Shown here: positions 38,742 through 47,302 of the stretch, one piece after another
How positions within the stretch are numbered: position 1 is the first letter of the stretch
Layout of the letters: the number at the start of each line of letters is the position of its first letter
NCBI GenBank assembly: GCA_963831615.1
Contig: CAWHQU010000010.1
Location: forward strand, 27,404-91,403
Direction of reading: 5' to 3'
Source of the DNA: an uncultured Actinomycetota bacterium
Lineage (GTDB): Bacteria; Actinomycetota; Actinomycetes; Streptosporangiales; Streptosporangiaceae
Length of the DNA: 64,000 nucleotides
The notes under the pieces: model-generated
Told to the model about the DNA's origin: nothing
Databases searched by the model: none
What the model saw: only the letters and a program-made list of their open reading frames with translations
Position numbers and translations under genes: made by a program

Positions 38742-40232
38742 CTAGCGCCGGCCTGCGAGCTCAAAGGCGTGTGCCAGCTCGATCAGCCGCGGTTCGCTCC
38801 AGGCGGGCCCGATAAACGACAGGCCGACGGGCAGGCCGCCGACCTGGCCGGCCGGAACGGTGATGGACGGGTAACCCGATACGGCTGCGGGGCCTGACGT
38901 CCCCCAGCCGTGGTAGTCGCCGAGCACGTGATCGATAAGCCAGGCCGGGTGTCCGGTCAGCGCAATCACCGCATCCAGCCGGTGCTCGGTGAATGCCGCG
39001 TCCAGGCCGTCGCGAGCCATCCGGTTCGCGGCAGACCGGGCCTCGAGATAGTCGAAGTCGCGCAGGTCACCGCTGGTTGCCTCGGCTGCCTCGAACAGTT
39101 CCTGACCAAAGTGAGCCAGCACCCGGGCAGCGTTTCCGTTATTAAAGGCAATCAGCCCGGCGAGATCAGCCGGATGGTCACCGCCGAGGCCGGCCAGGTA
39201 GGCGTTCATATCGTGCTTGAACTCGTGGGTCAGGGCAGCGAACTCCGGCTCGCCCAGTTGGCCTGCGTCGGCCAGTTCCACCGGATCGACTACGACCGCG
39301 CCCTGCCCGCGCAGCACCGCCAGGGCCGAGTCGAGCACTGCAATCGTTGACGCTCCCGCGTCAGCCGAGCCGGCTCGCCAGACGCCGAGCCGGGCGCCGT
39401 CGAGGCCGGCCGGGTTGAGGAACGCCGCGTAGTCGGTCACTTGATCCGCCGCGGCCGCGGTCGCCGCGTCGGCTGGATCAGCCCCGGCCATCGCGGTCAG
39501 CAGGACCGCTGCGTCCGCCACCGTGGATGTCATCGGACCGGCGGTGTCCTGCGCGGCCGAGATAGGCACCACACCGGACCGGCTAACCAGGCCGACCGTC
39601 GGCTTGATCCCGACCACACCGCAGGCGGCAGCTGGCGACACGATGGAGCCGTCGGTCTCTGTCCCGACCGCGAGTGGCGCCAGCCCGGCGGCCACCGCGA
39701 CGGCCGACCCGGAACTCGAGCCGGACGGGCTGCGACCGCTGCCATGCGGGTTCACTGCCTGGCCGCCCAGCGTGCTGAGCCCGCTGCTTGACGGCCGGGA
39801 GCGGAAGTTCGCCCACTCTGACAGGTTCGCCTTGCCGAGGATCACCGCGCCTGCCGCGCGCAGCTTCGATACCAGGAATGCATCAGCCGCCTCGGCGCCG
39901 GTCAGCGCCGGCGAGCCCGCGGTGGCCGGCAGCCCGGCTGCCGACACGTTGTCCTTGATCAGAACTGGCATGCCGTCGAGCGGCCCGCGTGCCGCTCCGG
40001 CCGAGCGCCGGGCGTCGCTGGCTGCCGCTTCGGCTCGGGCAGCCGGGTCTACGCAGATCACCGCGTTCAGAGCCGGGTTAAGGCGGTCAATCCTGGCCAG
40101 GTAGAAGCCAGTCAGTTCGGCGGCGGTAATCGTGCCGCGCTCCAGAGCGCGCCCGAGGCTGGCAGCAGTGGCGTCCCCGGCAGTAAGGCCGGTCCTGCCC
40201 ACCGCCTCGACTAGTGATTCAGTCAGCGACAT
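38742..40232 (-). CDS. Amidase-signature family amidase
   Basis: [33 protein letters not shown] is the amidase signature (Ser-cisSer-Lys). 496 aa. Confidence 0.85.
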   Translation of the reverse strand: MSLTESLVEAVGRTGLTAGDATAASLGRALERGTITAAELTGFYLARIDRLNPALNAVICVDPAARAEAAASDARRSAGAARGPLDGMPVLIKDNVSAAGLPATAGSPALTGAEAADAFLVSKLRAAGAVILGKANLSEWANFRSRPSSSGLSTLGGQAVNPHGSGRSPSGSSSGSAVAVAAGLAPLAVGTETDGSIVSPAAACGVVGIKPTVGLVSRSGVVPISAAQDTAGPMTSTVADAAVLLTAMAGADPADAATAAAADQVTDYAAFLNPAGLDGARLGVWRAGSADAGASTIAVLDSALAVLRGQGAVVVDPVELADAGQLGEPEFAALTHEFKHDMNAYLAGLGGDHPADLAGLIAFNNGNAARVLAHFGQELFEAAEATSGDLRDFDYLEARSAANRMARDGLDAAFTEHRLDAVIALTGHPAWLIDHVLGDYHGWGTSGPAAVSGYPSITVPAGQVGGLPVGLSFIGPAWSEPRLIELAHAFELAGRR

Positions 40233-40279
40233 GCTGGACAGAATAGGGCCATAGGCGAATCGTCACCGGGGGGCATTCG

Positions 40280-41329
40280 GTGGGTCCGTGGCCGAGATCA
40301 CGAGCGCCCAGATTCTCAGGGCTGGTTGCCGCTGCGGCGGTCGCGGCTGGCGCCGTGGCGGGCTGCTCGGCCAGCGGCGCTGCCAGCAGCCCGCCCGCCT
40401 CGCGCCTCGAGGCACAGTACGAGCAAACCGTGCGCGCCGTCCTGCCTTCGGTCGTGCAAATCACGACCGATAACTCCACCGGCTCTGGCGTGGTCTATGA
40501 CCACCACGGCGACATCGTCACGAACTTGCATGTCGTCGGGACCGCGAAGACCGTGAAAGTACAGGAGACCGTCGGCAACATGTCCGTGACCGGGAAGGTG
40601 ATCGGCGAATTCAGTCCGGACGACCTCGCCGTGATCCGGGTGGACAGCGGGGCCGGAAACCTGAAGCCGGCCAAGTTCGCGAACTCGAACACCGCTCAGA
40701 TCGGCGAGATCGTGCTGGCCATGGGCAACCCGCTGGGCCTCACCGACAGCGTCACCCAGGGCATCATCTCGGCCACCGGCCGGATCGTCGGTTCCAGCGA
40801 GCCGGGCGGGGGCAAGGCCCTGATTAGCGCTGCCATCCAGACCAGTGCCGCGATCAATCCCGGTAACAGCGGCGGCGCGCTCGTCACCCTGGGCAGCGAG
40901 GTCATCGGGGTACCGACGCTCACGGCCCGGCTGCCGGGCGAGAGCGGCGTCGCACCCGGAATCGGCTTCGCAATCCCCAGCGATACCGTGCGCGATGTCG
41001 CTGATCAGATCATCAAGTCCGGGAAGGTGACCAACACCGGTAGCGGAACACTGGGCATCACCGCGCAGACGGCGGCCAACGGAACTGGCAAACCAGCCGG
41101 GGTCGCCGTCCTCGCTGTCGCCGGCGGCAGCACGGCAGCCAACGCCGGCGTGCGTAAGGGAGACATCATCGTGCGGCTCGACTCCCGCCCGGTCGCCAGC
41201 CTGGAGCAGCTTGAGGACACGCTCGCTCAGCTGATGCCGGGCGCCATGGTGACCATCCATTACCGGCGTGGCGGCGGCAGCACTGTCTACAAGGGCAGCG
41301 CGAAGCTGGGCAGCCTGGCGTCCGGTTAG
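40280..41329 (+). CDS. Trypsin-like serine protease with C-terminal PDZ domain (HtrA/S1C-like lipoprotein)
   Basis: Lipobox AVAGCSA, catalytic blocks TNLHVV, DLAVIRV and NPGNSGGALV, PDZ-like GVRKGDIIVRLDSRPV. Confidence 0.85.
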   Translation: MGPWPRSRAPRFSGLVAAAAVAAGAVAGCSASGAASSPPASRLEAQYEQTVRAVLPSVVQITTDNSTGSGVVYDHHGDIVTNLHVVGTAKTVKVQETVGNMSVTGKVIGEFSPDDLAVIRVDSGAGNLKPAKFANSNTAQIGEIVLAMGNPLGLTDSVTQGIISATGRIVGSSEPGGGKALISAAIQTSAAINPGNSGGALVTLGSEVIGVPTLTARLPGESGVAPGIGFAIPSDTVRDVADQIIKSGKVTNTGSGTLGITAQTAANGTGKPAGVAVLAVAGGSTAANAGVRKGDIIVRLDSRPVASLEQLEDTLAQLMPGAMVTIHYRRGGGSTVYKGSAKLGSLASG

Positions 41330-41364
41330 CCTCAGCGGGGCCACGCGGCCCTAGACTCGGCCGG

Positions 41365-41913
41365 GTGACGATGCACATCGGCAGCCTGGCTGCCGTTCCC
41401 GCGCTGGAGCGCCCGGATCTGCTCAGCGAAGCGGTGGCAGCCGCGCTGGCGAGCCTCGATGGCAAGCTCAACGTCGGCGATATCGGCGTGGCCGAGATCG
41501 ACCCTGCGCTCGCCGACACCGCAGCGTTCTGTGAGCGGTACCAAGTGGCGCCGAGCGAGTCCGCCAACTGCGTGGTCATCGCGGGGCGCAGGGGCGGGGA
41601 GACCAGGATGGCCGCATGCATGGTGCTCGCCACCACTCGCGCCGATGTCAACGGCCTGGTGAAGCGGGAGCTAGACGTGCGTAAGGCGTCCTTCGCGCCG
41701 ATGGATCAGGCGGTCGAGCTGACCGGTATGGAGTATGGCGGGATCACGCCGATCGGGCTGCCGGCCGACTGGCCGGTCTTCGTGGACGCCATGGTGGCGA
41801 CGACCGACCGGGTCATCATTGGCAGCGGAGTGCGGCGGTCGAAGCTGACGCTGCCTGGCGCCGCGCTGGCCAGCCTGCCCGGCGCGGTCGTGCTTGAGGC
41901 GCTGGGCCGGTAG
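41365..41913 (+). CDS. YbaK/EbsC-type aminoacyl-tRNA editing (deacylase) domain protein
   Basis: NCVVIAG...RADVNGLVKRELDVRKASFAPMDQAVELTGMEYGGITPIGLP...VIIGSGVRRSKL matches the YbaK/ProRS-associated domain pattern. Confidence 0.7.
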   Translation: MTMHIGSLAAVPALERPDLLSEAVAAALASLDGKLNVGDIGVAEIDPALADTAAFCERYQVAPSESANCVVIAGRRGGETRMAACMVLATTRADVNGLVKRELDVRKASFAPMDQAVELTGMEYGGITPIGLPADWPVFVDAMVATTDRVIIGSGVRRSKLTLPGAALASLPGAVVLEALGR

Positions 41914-41927
41914 CACCGGAGGCCGTC

Positions 41928-42797
41928 TCAGGGCAGCCACGAAACCTTGTGCGCGAGCGATGCATAGCCGACGAACGTGACGGCGTCGATCAGGGTGTGC
42001 GCGATGATCAACGGCGTCACCCGGCCCCACCGCCGGTACAGGATGCCGAAGATGACGCCCATCACCGCGTTCCCGATGAAGGCACCGAAGCCCTGGTAGA
42101 GGTGGTAGGAGCCGCGCAGGATCGCGGCGGCGGCGATCGCCTTCCACGGCGCCCAGCCCAGCTGATCCAGCCGCCGGAGCAGGTAGCCGATGACCAGGAT
42201 CTCTTCAAGCAACCCGTCATGGGCGGCGCTGAGCAGTAGTACCGGGATCCGCCACCAGACTGCCGGCAGCGATTCCGGCACGATGTTCAGACTCAATCCA
42301 AGCCGGAACGCAGCTACATACAGGCCGAGTCCGCAACCGCCGATGACTGCCGCGAGAACTGCGCCACGCAGCAGGTCCTTGCCCGGCTGGCTTGCATCCA
42401 GGCCGATGACCGATGGCTGCTCCCCCGACCTCGCCATCAGGTACAGCACGAGCACCACCGGCATCAGCGCCTCGGCGATGCTGACGATCTGGAGCACCAG
42501 GTCGAACCAGCTGACCGAGGACAGCGGGCCGACCAGCAGCGCCTGCTGGCTGCTGAGGGACTGCCGGGAAAGCAGCGCGCCGATCAGGTCCAGCAGTGCA
42601 TTCAGTCCGCTCGCACCCAGCGAGACCGCGAAGACGACGAAGATCTCCCACCGCAGGTAGCTCGGTGGCGGCAGGCTCAGGGTGGTGCGGTGCTGGCCTT
42701 CAGCGGCCTGGCTTTCAGCGGGCTGGCGTTCAGCGGGCTGGCTTTCAGGGCCGCCCGGCGCGCCATACGCACTGACATCATCACCGGCAGTCACCAC
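41928..42797 (-). CDS. CPBP-family intramembrane glutamic endopeptidase (CAAX protease-like)
   Basis: Multi-pass membrane protein with LLEEILVIGYLLRRL (EExxxR) and FGILYRRWGRVTPLIIAHTLID (H motif). The N-terminus carries AE(S/R/G)Q(P/A) pentapeptide repeats. Confidence 0.8.
   Translation of the reverse strand: MVTAGDDVSAYGAPGGPESQPAERQPAESQAAEGQHRTTLSLPPPSYLRWEIFVVFAVSLGASGLNALLDLIGALLSRQSLSSQQALLVGPLSSVSWFDLVLQIVSIAEALMPVVLVLYLMARSGEQPSVIGLDASQPGKDLLRGAVLAAVIGGCGLGLYVAAFRLGLSLNIVPESLPAVWWRIPVLLLSAAHDGLLEEILVIGYLLRRLDQLGWAPWKAIAAAAILRGSYHLYQGFGAFIGNAVMGVIFGILYRRWGRVTPLIIAHTLIDAVTFVGYASLAHKVSWLP
42695..42754. repeat. 4 x 15-bp tandem repeat inside the CPBP N-terminus
   Basis: GGCCTTCAGCGGCCT, GGCTTTCAGCGGGCT, GGCGTTCAGCGGGCT, GGCTTTCAGGGCCGC. 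Confidence 0.75.
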
Positions 42798-42840
42798 AGG
42801 ACTGTAGCCGCTGCATCCGGGTAAGCCGGCAGCGGATCGG

Positions 42841-42875
42841 CCAGCCCCTGATTAGCCAGCCCCTGATTAGCCAGC
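42841..42875. repeat. Intergenic 15-bp tandem duplication (CCAGCCCCTGATTAG x2 plus partial third copy)
   Basis: Identical copies at 42841-42855 and 42856-42870, between the ROK regulator stop and the CPBP start. Confidence 0.8.
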
Positions 42876-42909
42876 ACTGGTCACCGGCGTCCGGCTCAGC
42901 CAGCGGCGG

Positions 42910-44205
42910 TTACGGCAGCAGCGCGGTAAGCCGCTGCCAGGCAAGCTCGGCGCCGGACGCCAGGCAACCGTCCACGATCGCCTCGGTGCCGAGCGCGCTG
43001 ACCCGGACCTCCGGCATGACCGGGGCCAGCTTGCGCAGTTCCGCCTCGACCGCGGCAGCGAAGCCTGGAGCCTGCCCGATTCCGCCGCCGAGCACAACCA
43101 GCGCAGGATCGATGACCGTGATGATCGCGCAGATCGCCCTGGCGACCAGCTCGGCCTCGCCAGCCACGACCGTGGCTGCTCGCTCGTCGCCTGCCTGGGC
43201 AGCGGCGAATACCCGGCGGGCCGACACCGACCCGCGCATCCCGGCCCGGCGGGCGGCACGCACCACAGCCGCAGCAGAGCCCGCGGCCTCCAGGGTGCCG
43301 CGGCGCCTGGCATCCTGCGGGTCGGAGCCCTGTCCCGCCGAGATCGGCATGTAAGCGATCTCGCCGGCCACGCCGTGCACGCCCCGGTGCAGGTTGCCCT
43401 CGATCATCAGGCCCATGCCGATACCGGTGCCGATGTGCACGAAGACGAACGTGCCGACGTCCCGCCCGTGTCCTTGCTCGCGCTCAGCCAGCGTCGCCGC
43501 GTCGGCGTCGTTCTCCACGACGAGCTGGTCGCCAAAGGCTTCCTTGAGCCCTGCGACGACAGCCGGCTTGCCCCATGCGGCCAGTTCGCCGGCCAGCGAG
43601 ATTACGTCGCGGCCGGGGTCGTAGACACCCGGAGTGCCGATGACAGTCTGGGTGACCGCCGACCGGACGATCCCGGCGTCGGCGCATAGCTCGTCCGCCA
43701 GCGCGACCAGCTCGGCAACCCGGCCGCTCGCGCTTGACGCCCTGGTTCGCAGCTGCGACCTCGCGATGGCCGCGCCGGTCAGATCGGCCAGCGCACCACG
43801 CAGGTACTGGCGGCCGATGTCCAGGCCGAGCACGTAGCCGGCCTCCGGCCGCACCTCGTACAGCACCGCCGACCGGCCGGGCATCCCGGTCCGCTGGCCG
43901 GCCTCGCGCACCAGGCCAGACCTCTCCACGTTCGCCAGCGCCAGCGAGACAGTCGGCTTGGACAGCCCGGACACCCTGGCTAGCTCGGCTCGCGAGCACT
44001 GGCCGAGCTGGCGGATCTGCTGCAGAAGCAACTGCTCGTTCAGCGCGCGCAGTAGCTGCGGCCGGGCCGCCTGGCCAGCCCGGAGCTGACCGCTGGCATG
44101 TCCGCCCGGCTGACCGAGCGGCTGAGCTGGCAGCAGGCCGGCGACGTCCGCCGTTTCCTCTGGTTCGGTAGATGTCGTCACGCTCACGCCCTTATCCTTT
44201 CGCAC
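42910..44205 (-). CDS. ROK-family transcriptional regulator
   Basis: wHTH LLLQQIRQLGQCSRAELARVSGLSKPTVSLALANVERSGLV followed by the ROK core (GTGIGMGLMIEGNLHRGVHGVAGEIAY). GTG start, position uncertain. Confidence 0.8.
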   Translation of the reverse strand: MRKDKGVSVTTSTEPEETADVAGLLPAQPLGQPGGHASGQLRAGQAARPQLLRALNEQLLLQQIRQLGQCSRAELARVSGLSKPTVSLALANVERSGLVREAGQRTGMPGRSAVLYEVRPEAGYVLGLDIGRQYLRGALADLTGAAIARSQLRTRASSASGRVAELVALADELCADAGIVRSAVTQTVIGTPGVYDPGRDVISLAGELAAWGKPAVVAGLKEAFGDQLVVENDADAATLAEREQGHGRDVGTFVFVHIGTGIGMGLMIEGNLHRGVHGVAGEIAYMPISAGQGSDPQDARRRGTLEAAGSAAAVVRAARRAGMRGSVSARRVFAAAQAGDERAATVVAGEAELVARAICAIITVIDPALVVLGGGIGQAPGFAAAVEAELRKLAPVMPEVRVSALGTEAIVDGCLASGAELAWQRLTALLP

Positions 44206-44303
44206 TGCAGGTCAGAGGGCGAGCGCCGGCGCTTCGCGTCGCCGCCCCGGGCGGCCGGCCAGGCCGGTCCGGACTGATACCAAACCGTGATTGTCGGTGT
44301 CAC

Positions 44304-44328
44304 ATAGTTAGGATACTGTCCTAACTAT
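44304..44328. promoter_or_regulatory. 25-bp palindrome in the divergent ROK-regulator / ROK-kinase promoter region, candidate operator
   Basis: ATAGTTAGGA-TACTG-TCCTAACTAT: perfect 10-bp arms checked base by base, AT-rich relative to the flanks. Confidence 0.55.
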
Positions 44329-44369
44329 CTTTCCGGAATCCCTGCCTGACCGCACTCGAGAGACTCCGC

Positions 44370-45500
44370 ATGACCCACCCCCCAGTCTTGCTCGGCATTG
44401 ACTTCGGCGGCACGAAGATCGCGACAGCGGTCTGCGACCTGGCAGGCAACAAACTCGCCTCCGCCGTCGTCGACAGCCACGGTGAGCAGGGCGCGCGCGT
44501 CAGCTTCGCCCGCGGCGTCGCTACTGCGACCGACCTGGTCGCCGCGCATGCTGCCGGGGCGACCGTAGCGGCGGTCGGAGTCGCGACCTTCGGCATCCCG
44601 TTCGAGGACAGGGTCGAGCTAGCCCCGGCTATCGACGGCTGGGAAGAGCTGGGACTCGGCCGCGAACTGCGCGCGGCGTTCCCCGGCGCGGTCATCAGGA
44701 TGGGCACCGATACGAAGACGGCTGCTCAGGCCGAAGCTCGCTGGGGTGCCCTGGTCGGCTACGACCCGGCTATCTATCTCAACCTCGGTACCGGCCTCGC
44801 GGCCGCGATCGTGACCGACGGCCGGGTGGTGTCCGGTAGCCAGGGCGCGGCCGGCGAGATCGGTTACAGCCTGCGCGGGCCAGGTGACGTGGGCCGGGCC
44901 GGCGGCCTGCGGATCCCGCTCGAGGACATGGTCAGCGGCTCGGCGCTGCAACGGCGGGCCGGCCTGCAGGGTCACCGGCTGACTGCCGCCGAGGTATTCG
45001 CGGCCGCTGTGTCCGACGCCGACCTCAACGTGCTGGTCTCCGATTTCGTCGATGAGCTTGCCTTCCACGTGGTGAACCTGGCTATCGCCGTCAACCCCGC
45101 ACGCATCGCCGTCGGCGGCGGCATGACCAGGTCGTGGGACCGGATCGCGCCACGGCTGGAGGAGGCCCTGCGCAGCGGTGTCCCCTACCCGCCCGATCTG
45201 GTCCTGGCCCATTTCCCGCATGACGCGCCGCTGCTCGGCGCCGTGGCGCTCGCCGTCGATGCGGCCGCCGACGGTGCAGCCTCCAACGTGCCGCCGTTCG
45301 AGCCGGCGACGGCGCCAACCAGAGCGACAGGCGGATCATCGGCACCCAGCCCGACTGACACGTCTGTTAATGGTAAGAATCAGATAAATATATCTAAAGG
45401 GCATTACAGTAAACAAATCACTAATGATGCCTACCAGCGGCCTCAGGGTGACCTCCCCGCAGGAGCCCCCCAGGCCACCTCCTATCCGGCTGACCTCTGA
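44370..45500 (+). CDS. ROK-family kinase-like protein; annotated 3' end probably artefactual (see findings)
   Basis: VLLGIDFGGTKIATAVCD, LGTGLAAAIVTDGRVVSGSQGAAGEIGY. After about 45310 the frame runs through AT-rich, non-coding-looking sequence to the stop at 45500. Confidence 0.7.
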   Translation: MTHPPVLLGIDFGGTKIATAVCDLAGNKLASAVVDSHGEQGARVSFARGVATATDLVAAHAAGATVAAVGVATFGIPFEDRVELAPAIDGWEELGLGRELRAAFPGAVIRMGTDTKTAAQAEARWGALVGYDPAIYLNLGTGLAAAIVTDGRVVSGSQGAAGEIGYSLRGPGDVGRAGGLRIPLEDMVSGSALQRRAGLQGHRLTAAEVFAAAVSDADLNVLVSDFVDELAFHVVNLAIAVNPARIAVGGGMTRSWDRIAPRLEEALRSGVPYPPDLVLAHFPHDAPLLGAVALAVDAAADGAASNVPPFEPATAPTRATGGSSAPSPTDTSVNGKNQINISKGHYSKQITNDAYQRPQGDLPAGAPQATSYPADL

Positions 45501-45518
45501 ATCGAAGGGTTAGGCAAA

Positions 45519-47183
45519 ATGCGACGACTCAGGTCGCTCGGTGCCCTTATCGGGGCCGCTGGCCTACTGGCGGCTGCTTGCGGTACCAGCACATCATCGG
45601 GAACAGGCGGATCCAGCGGATCCGGCAGCGTACTGACCATCTCCGACGAGAGCGGCGCACTGTGGACGTGCGGGTTCAACCCGTTCAACTCCTCAGTTAG
45701 CTTCCTCGATTTCGGTCCCGTCTACGAGCCGCTGATGTTCGTCGACTCGCTGAACAACGGGAAGATCTCGCCGTGGCTCGCGACCAACGACGCCTGGAGC
45801 AACGGCAACAAGACCATCACCTTCACCATCCGGAACGGCGTGAAGTGGTCCGACGGCAAGCCATTCACCGCCGCGGATGTCGTGTTCACGTTCAACCTGC
45901 TGAAGAAGTACCCGGCCCTCGACCTCAACTCCGTCTGGTCTGTGCTGTCCAGCGTGACTTTGCAGGGCTCCGACCAGGTCGTGATGAACTTCAAGAGCGC
46001 GGCCGTGCCGTACTTCTACTACATCGCCGACCAGGTGCCGATCGTGCCCGAGCACATCTGGTCCAAGCTGAGCAACCCGGTCACGTTCAACGACCCCGAC
46101 CCGATCGCCACCGGCGCGTACACGGTCAAGTGCAAGCCGGAGCAGATCACCTTCCTGGCGAACAAGCACTACTGGCAGCCAGGTGAGCCCAAGATCTCGC
46201 AGGTCGACGAGCCCGCGTTCACTAGCAACGACCCGGCGAACACCTACCTGGCCACTGGCCAGGCCCAGCTAGGCGCGCAGTACATCCCGGACATCAAGAC
46301 CTTCTACCTGGACAAGAGCCCGAACTACCACATCTGGTTCCCGCCGTTCGCGAACGTCGGCATCTTCATCAACCTCAAGAACCCGATCCTGTCCAACGTC
46401 GCGGTGCGGCAGGCCATGGCCTACGCGATCGACCGGCAGAAGGTCTCACAGATAGGCGAGTCCGGCTACGAGCCGGCCGGGAACCAGACCGGCATCGTGA
46501 CGCCGACGTTCTCCTCGTGGGAGGACACCGCGCAGGCGGCTAAGTACAACTACACCTACAACCCGGCCAAGGCTGAGCAGATCCTGACCGCGGCCGGATA
46601 CAAGAAGAACTCGAGCGGGATCTTCGTGTCCCCGTCAGGGCAGCCGCTGTCCTTCAACGTCATCAACGAAGGCGGCTACTCGGACTGGGTCGCGTCGATG
46701 CAGATCATCCAGGCAGACCTGAAGGCAGTCGGCATCCAGATCACGCCCGAGAACCTGGCGGGCACGGACTACGACACCCGGCTGTTCGACGGCAACTTCG
46801 ATCTCGCCTACTACGACGAGACCGGCGGCCCGACCCCGTACTACGAGTTCCGTCAGTGGCTGTACTCGGCCAACACCGCTCCGATCGGCAAGCAGGCGTC
46901 GACCAACTTCGAGCGGTACAGCAACCCGGCAACCGACGCCCTGCTGAACGATTACGCCACCACCACCTCGGCCGCGCAGCAGCACAGCATCATGGACCAG
47001 CTCCAGCTGGTGATGCTCAAGGACGTGCCGTTCATTCCGGTGACCGAGGAAGTCGACTGGTACCAGTACGACACCGCTGCCTTCACCGGCTGGGCCACGC
47101 CTAGTGATCCGTTCGCCCAGCCAGCTGCCTACGCGACGCCGGACCTCGGCATCATGCTGCTCCACCTGGCACCTAAGAAGTAG
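45519..47183 (+). CDS. ABC transporter substrate-binding lipoprotein, family 5 (peptide/nickel/oligosaccharide type)
   Basis: Lipobox LLAAACGT. 554 aa with typical SBP_bac_5 blocks (WSDGKPFTAADVVFTF, ANKHYW, FINLKNP, VRQAMAYAIDR). Confidence 0.85.
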   Translation: MRRLRSLGALIGAAGLLAAACGTSTSSGTGGSSGSGSVLTISDESGALWTCGFNPFNSSVSFLDFGPVYEPLMFVDSLNNGKISPWLATNDAWSNGNKTITFTIRNGVKWSDGKPFTAADVVFTFNLLKKYPALDLNSVWSVLSSVTLQGSDQVVMNFKSAAVPYFYYIADQVPIVPEHIWSKLSNPVTFNDPDPIATGAYTVKCKPEQITFLANKHYWQPGEPKISQVDEPAFTSNDPANTYLATGQAQLGAQYIPDIKTFYLDKSPNYHIWFPPFANVGIFINLKNPILSNVAVRQAMAYAIDRQKVSQIGESGYEPAGNQTGIVTPTFSSWEDTAQAAKYNYTYNPAKAEQILTAAGYKKNSSGIFVSPSGQPLSFNVINEGGYSDWVASMQIIQADLKAVGIQITPENLAGTDYDTRLFDGNFDLAYYDETGGPTPYYEFRQWLYSANTAPIGKQASTNFERYSNPATDALLNDYATTTSAAQQHSIMDQLQLVMLKDVPFIPVTEEVDWYQYDTAAFTGWATPSDPFAQPAAYATPDLGIMLLHLAPKK

Positions 47184-47209
47184 GCAGCTGAGAAGACAAG
47201 TACCCAGGG

Positions 47210-47232
47210 GCAGCGCTCGCAGGCAGCACTGC
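47210..47232. terminator. Intercistronic stem-loop after the binding-protein gene
   Basis: GCAGCGCT-CGCAGGC-AGCACTGC: 8-bp stem with one mismatch. May be an mRNA-stabilising or attenuating hairpin. Confidence 0.3.
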
Positions 47233-47302
47233 ACCTTGACGAGGCGATGAAAGGCACACAGGGTGAGCGCGAGGAAACGATGCTGACACCGAGGAGGAGT
47301 AG

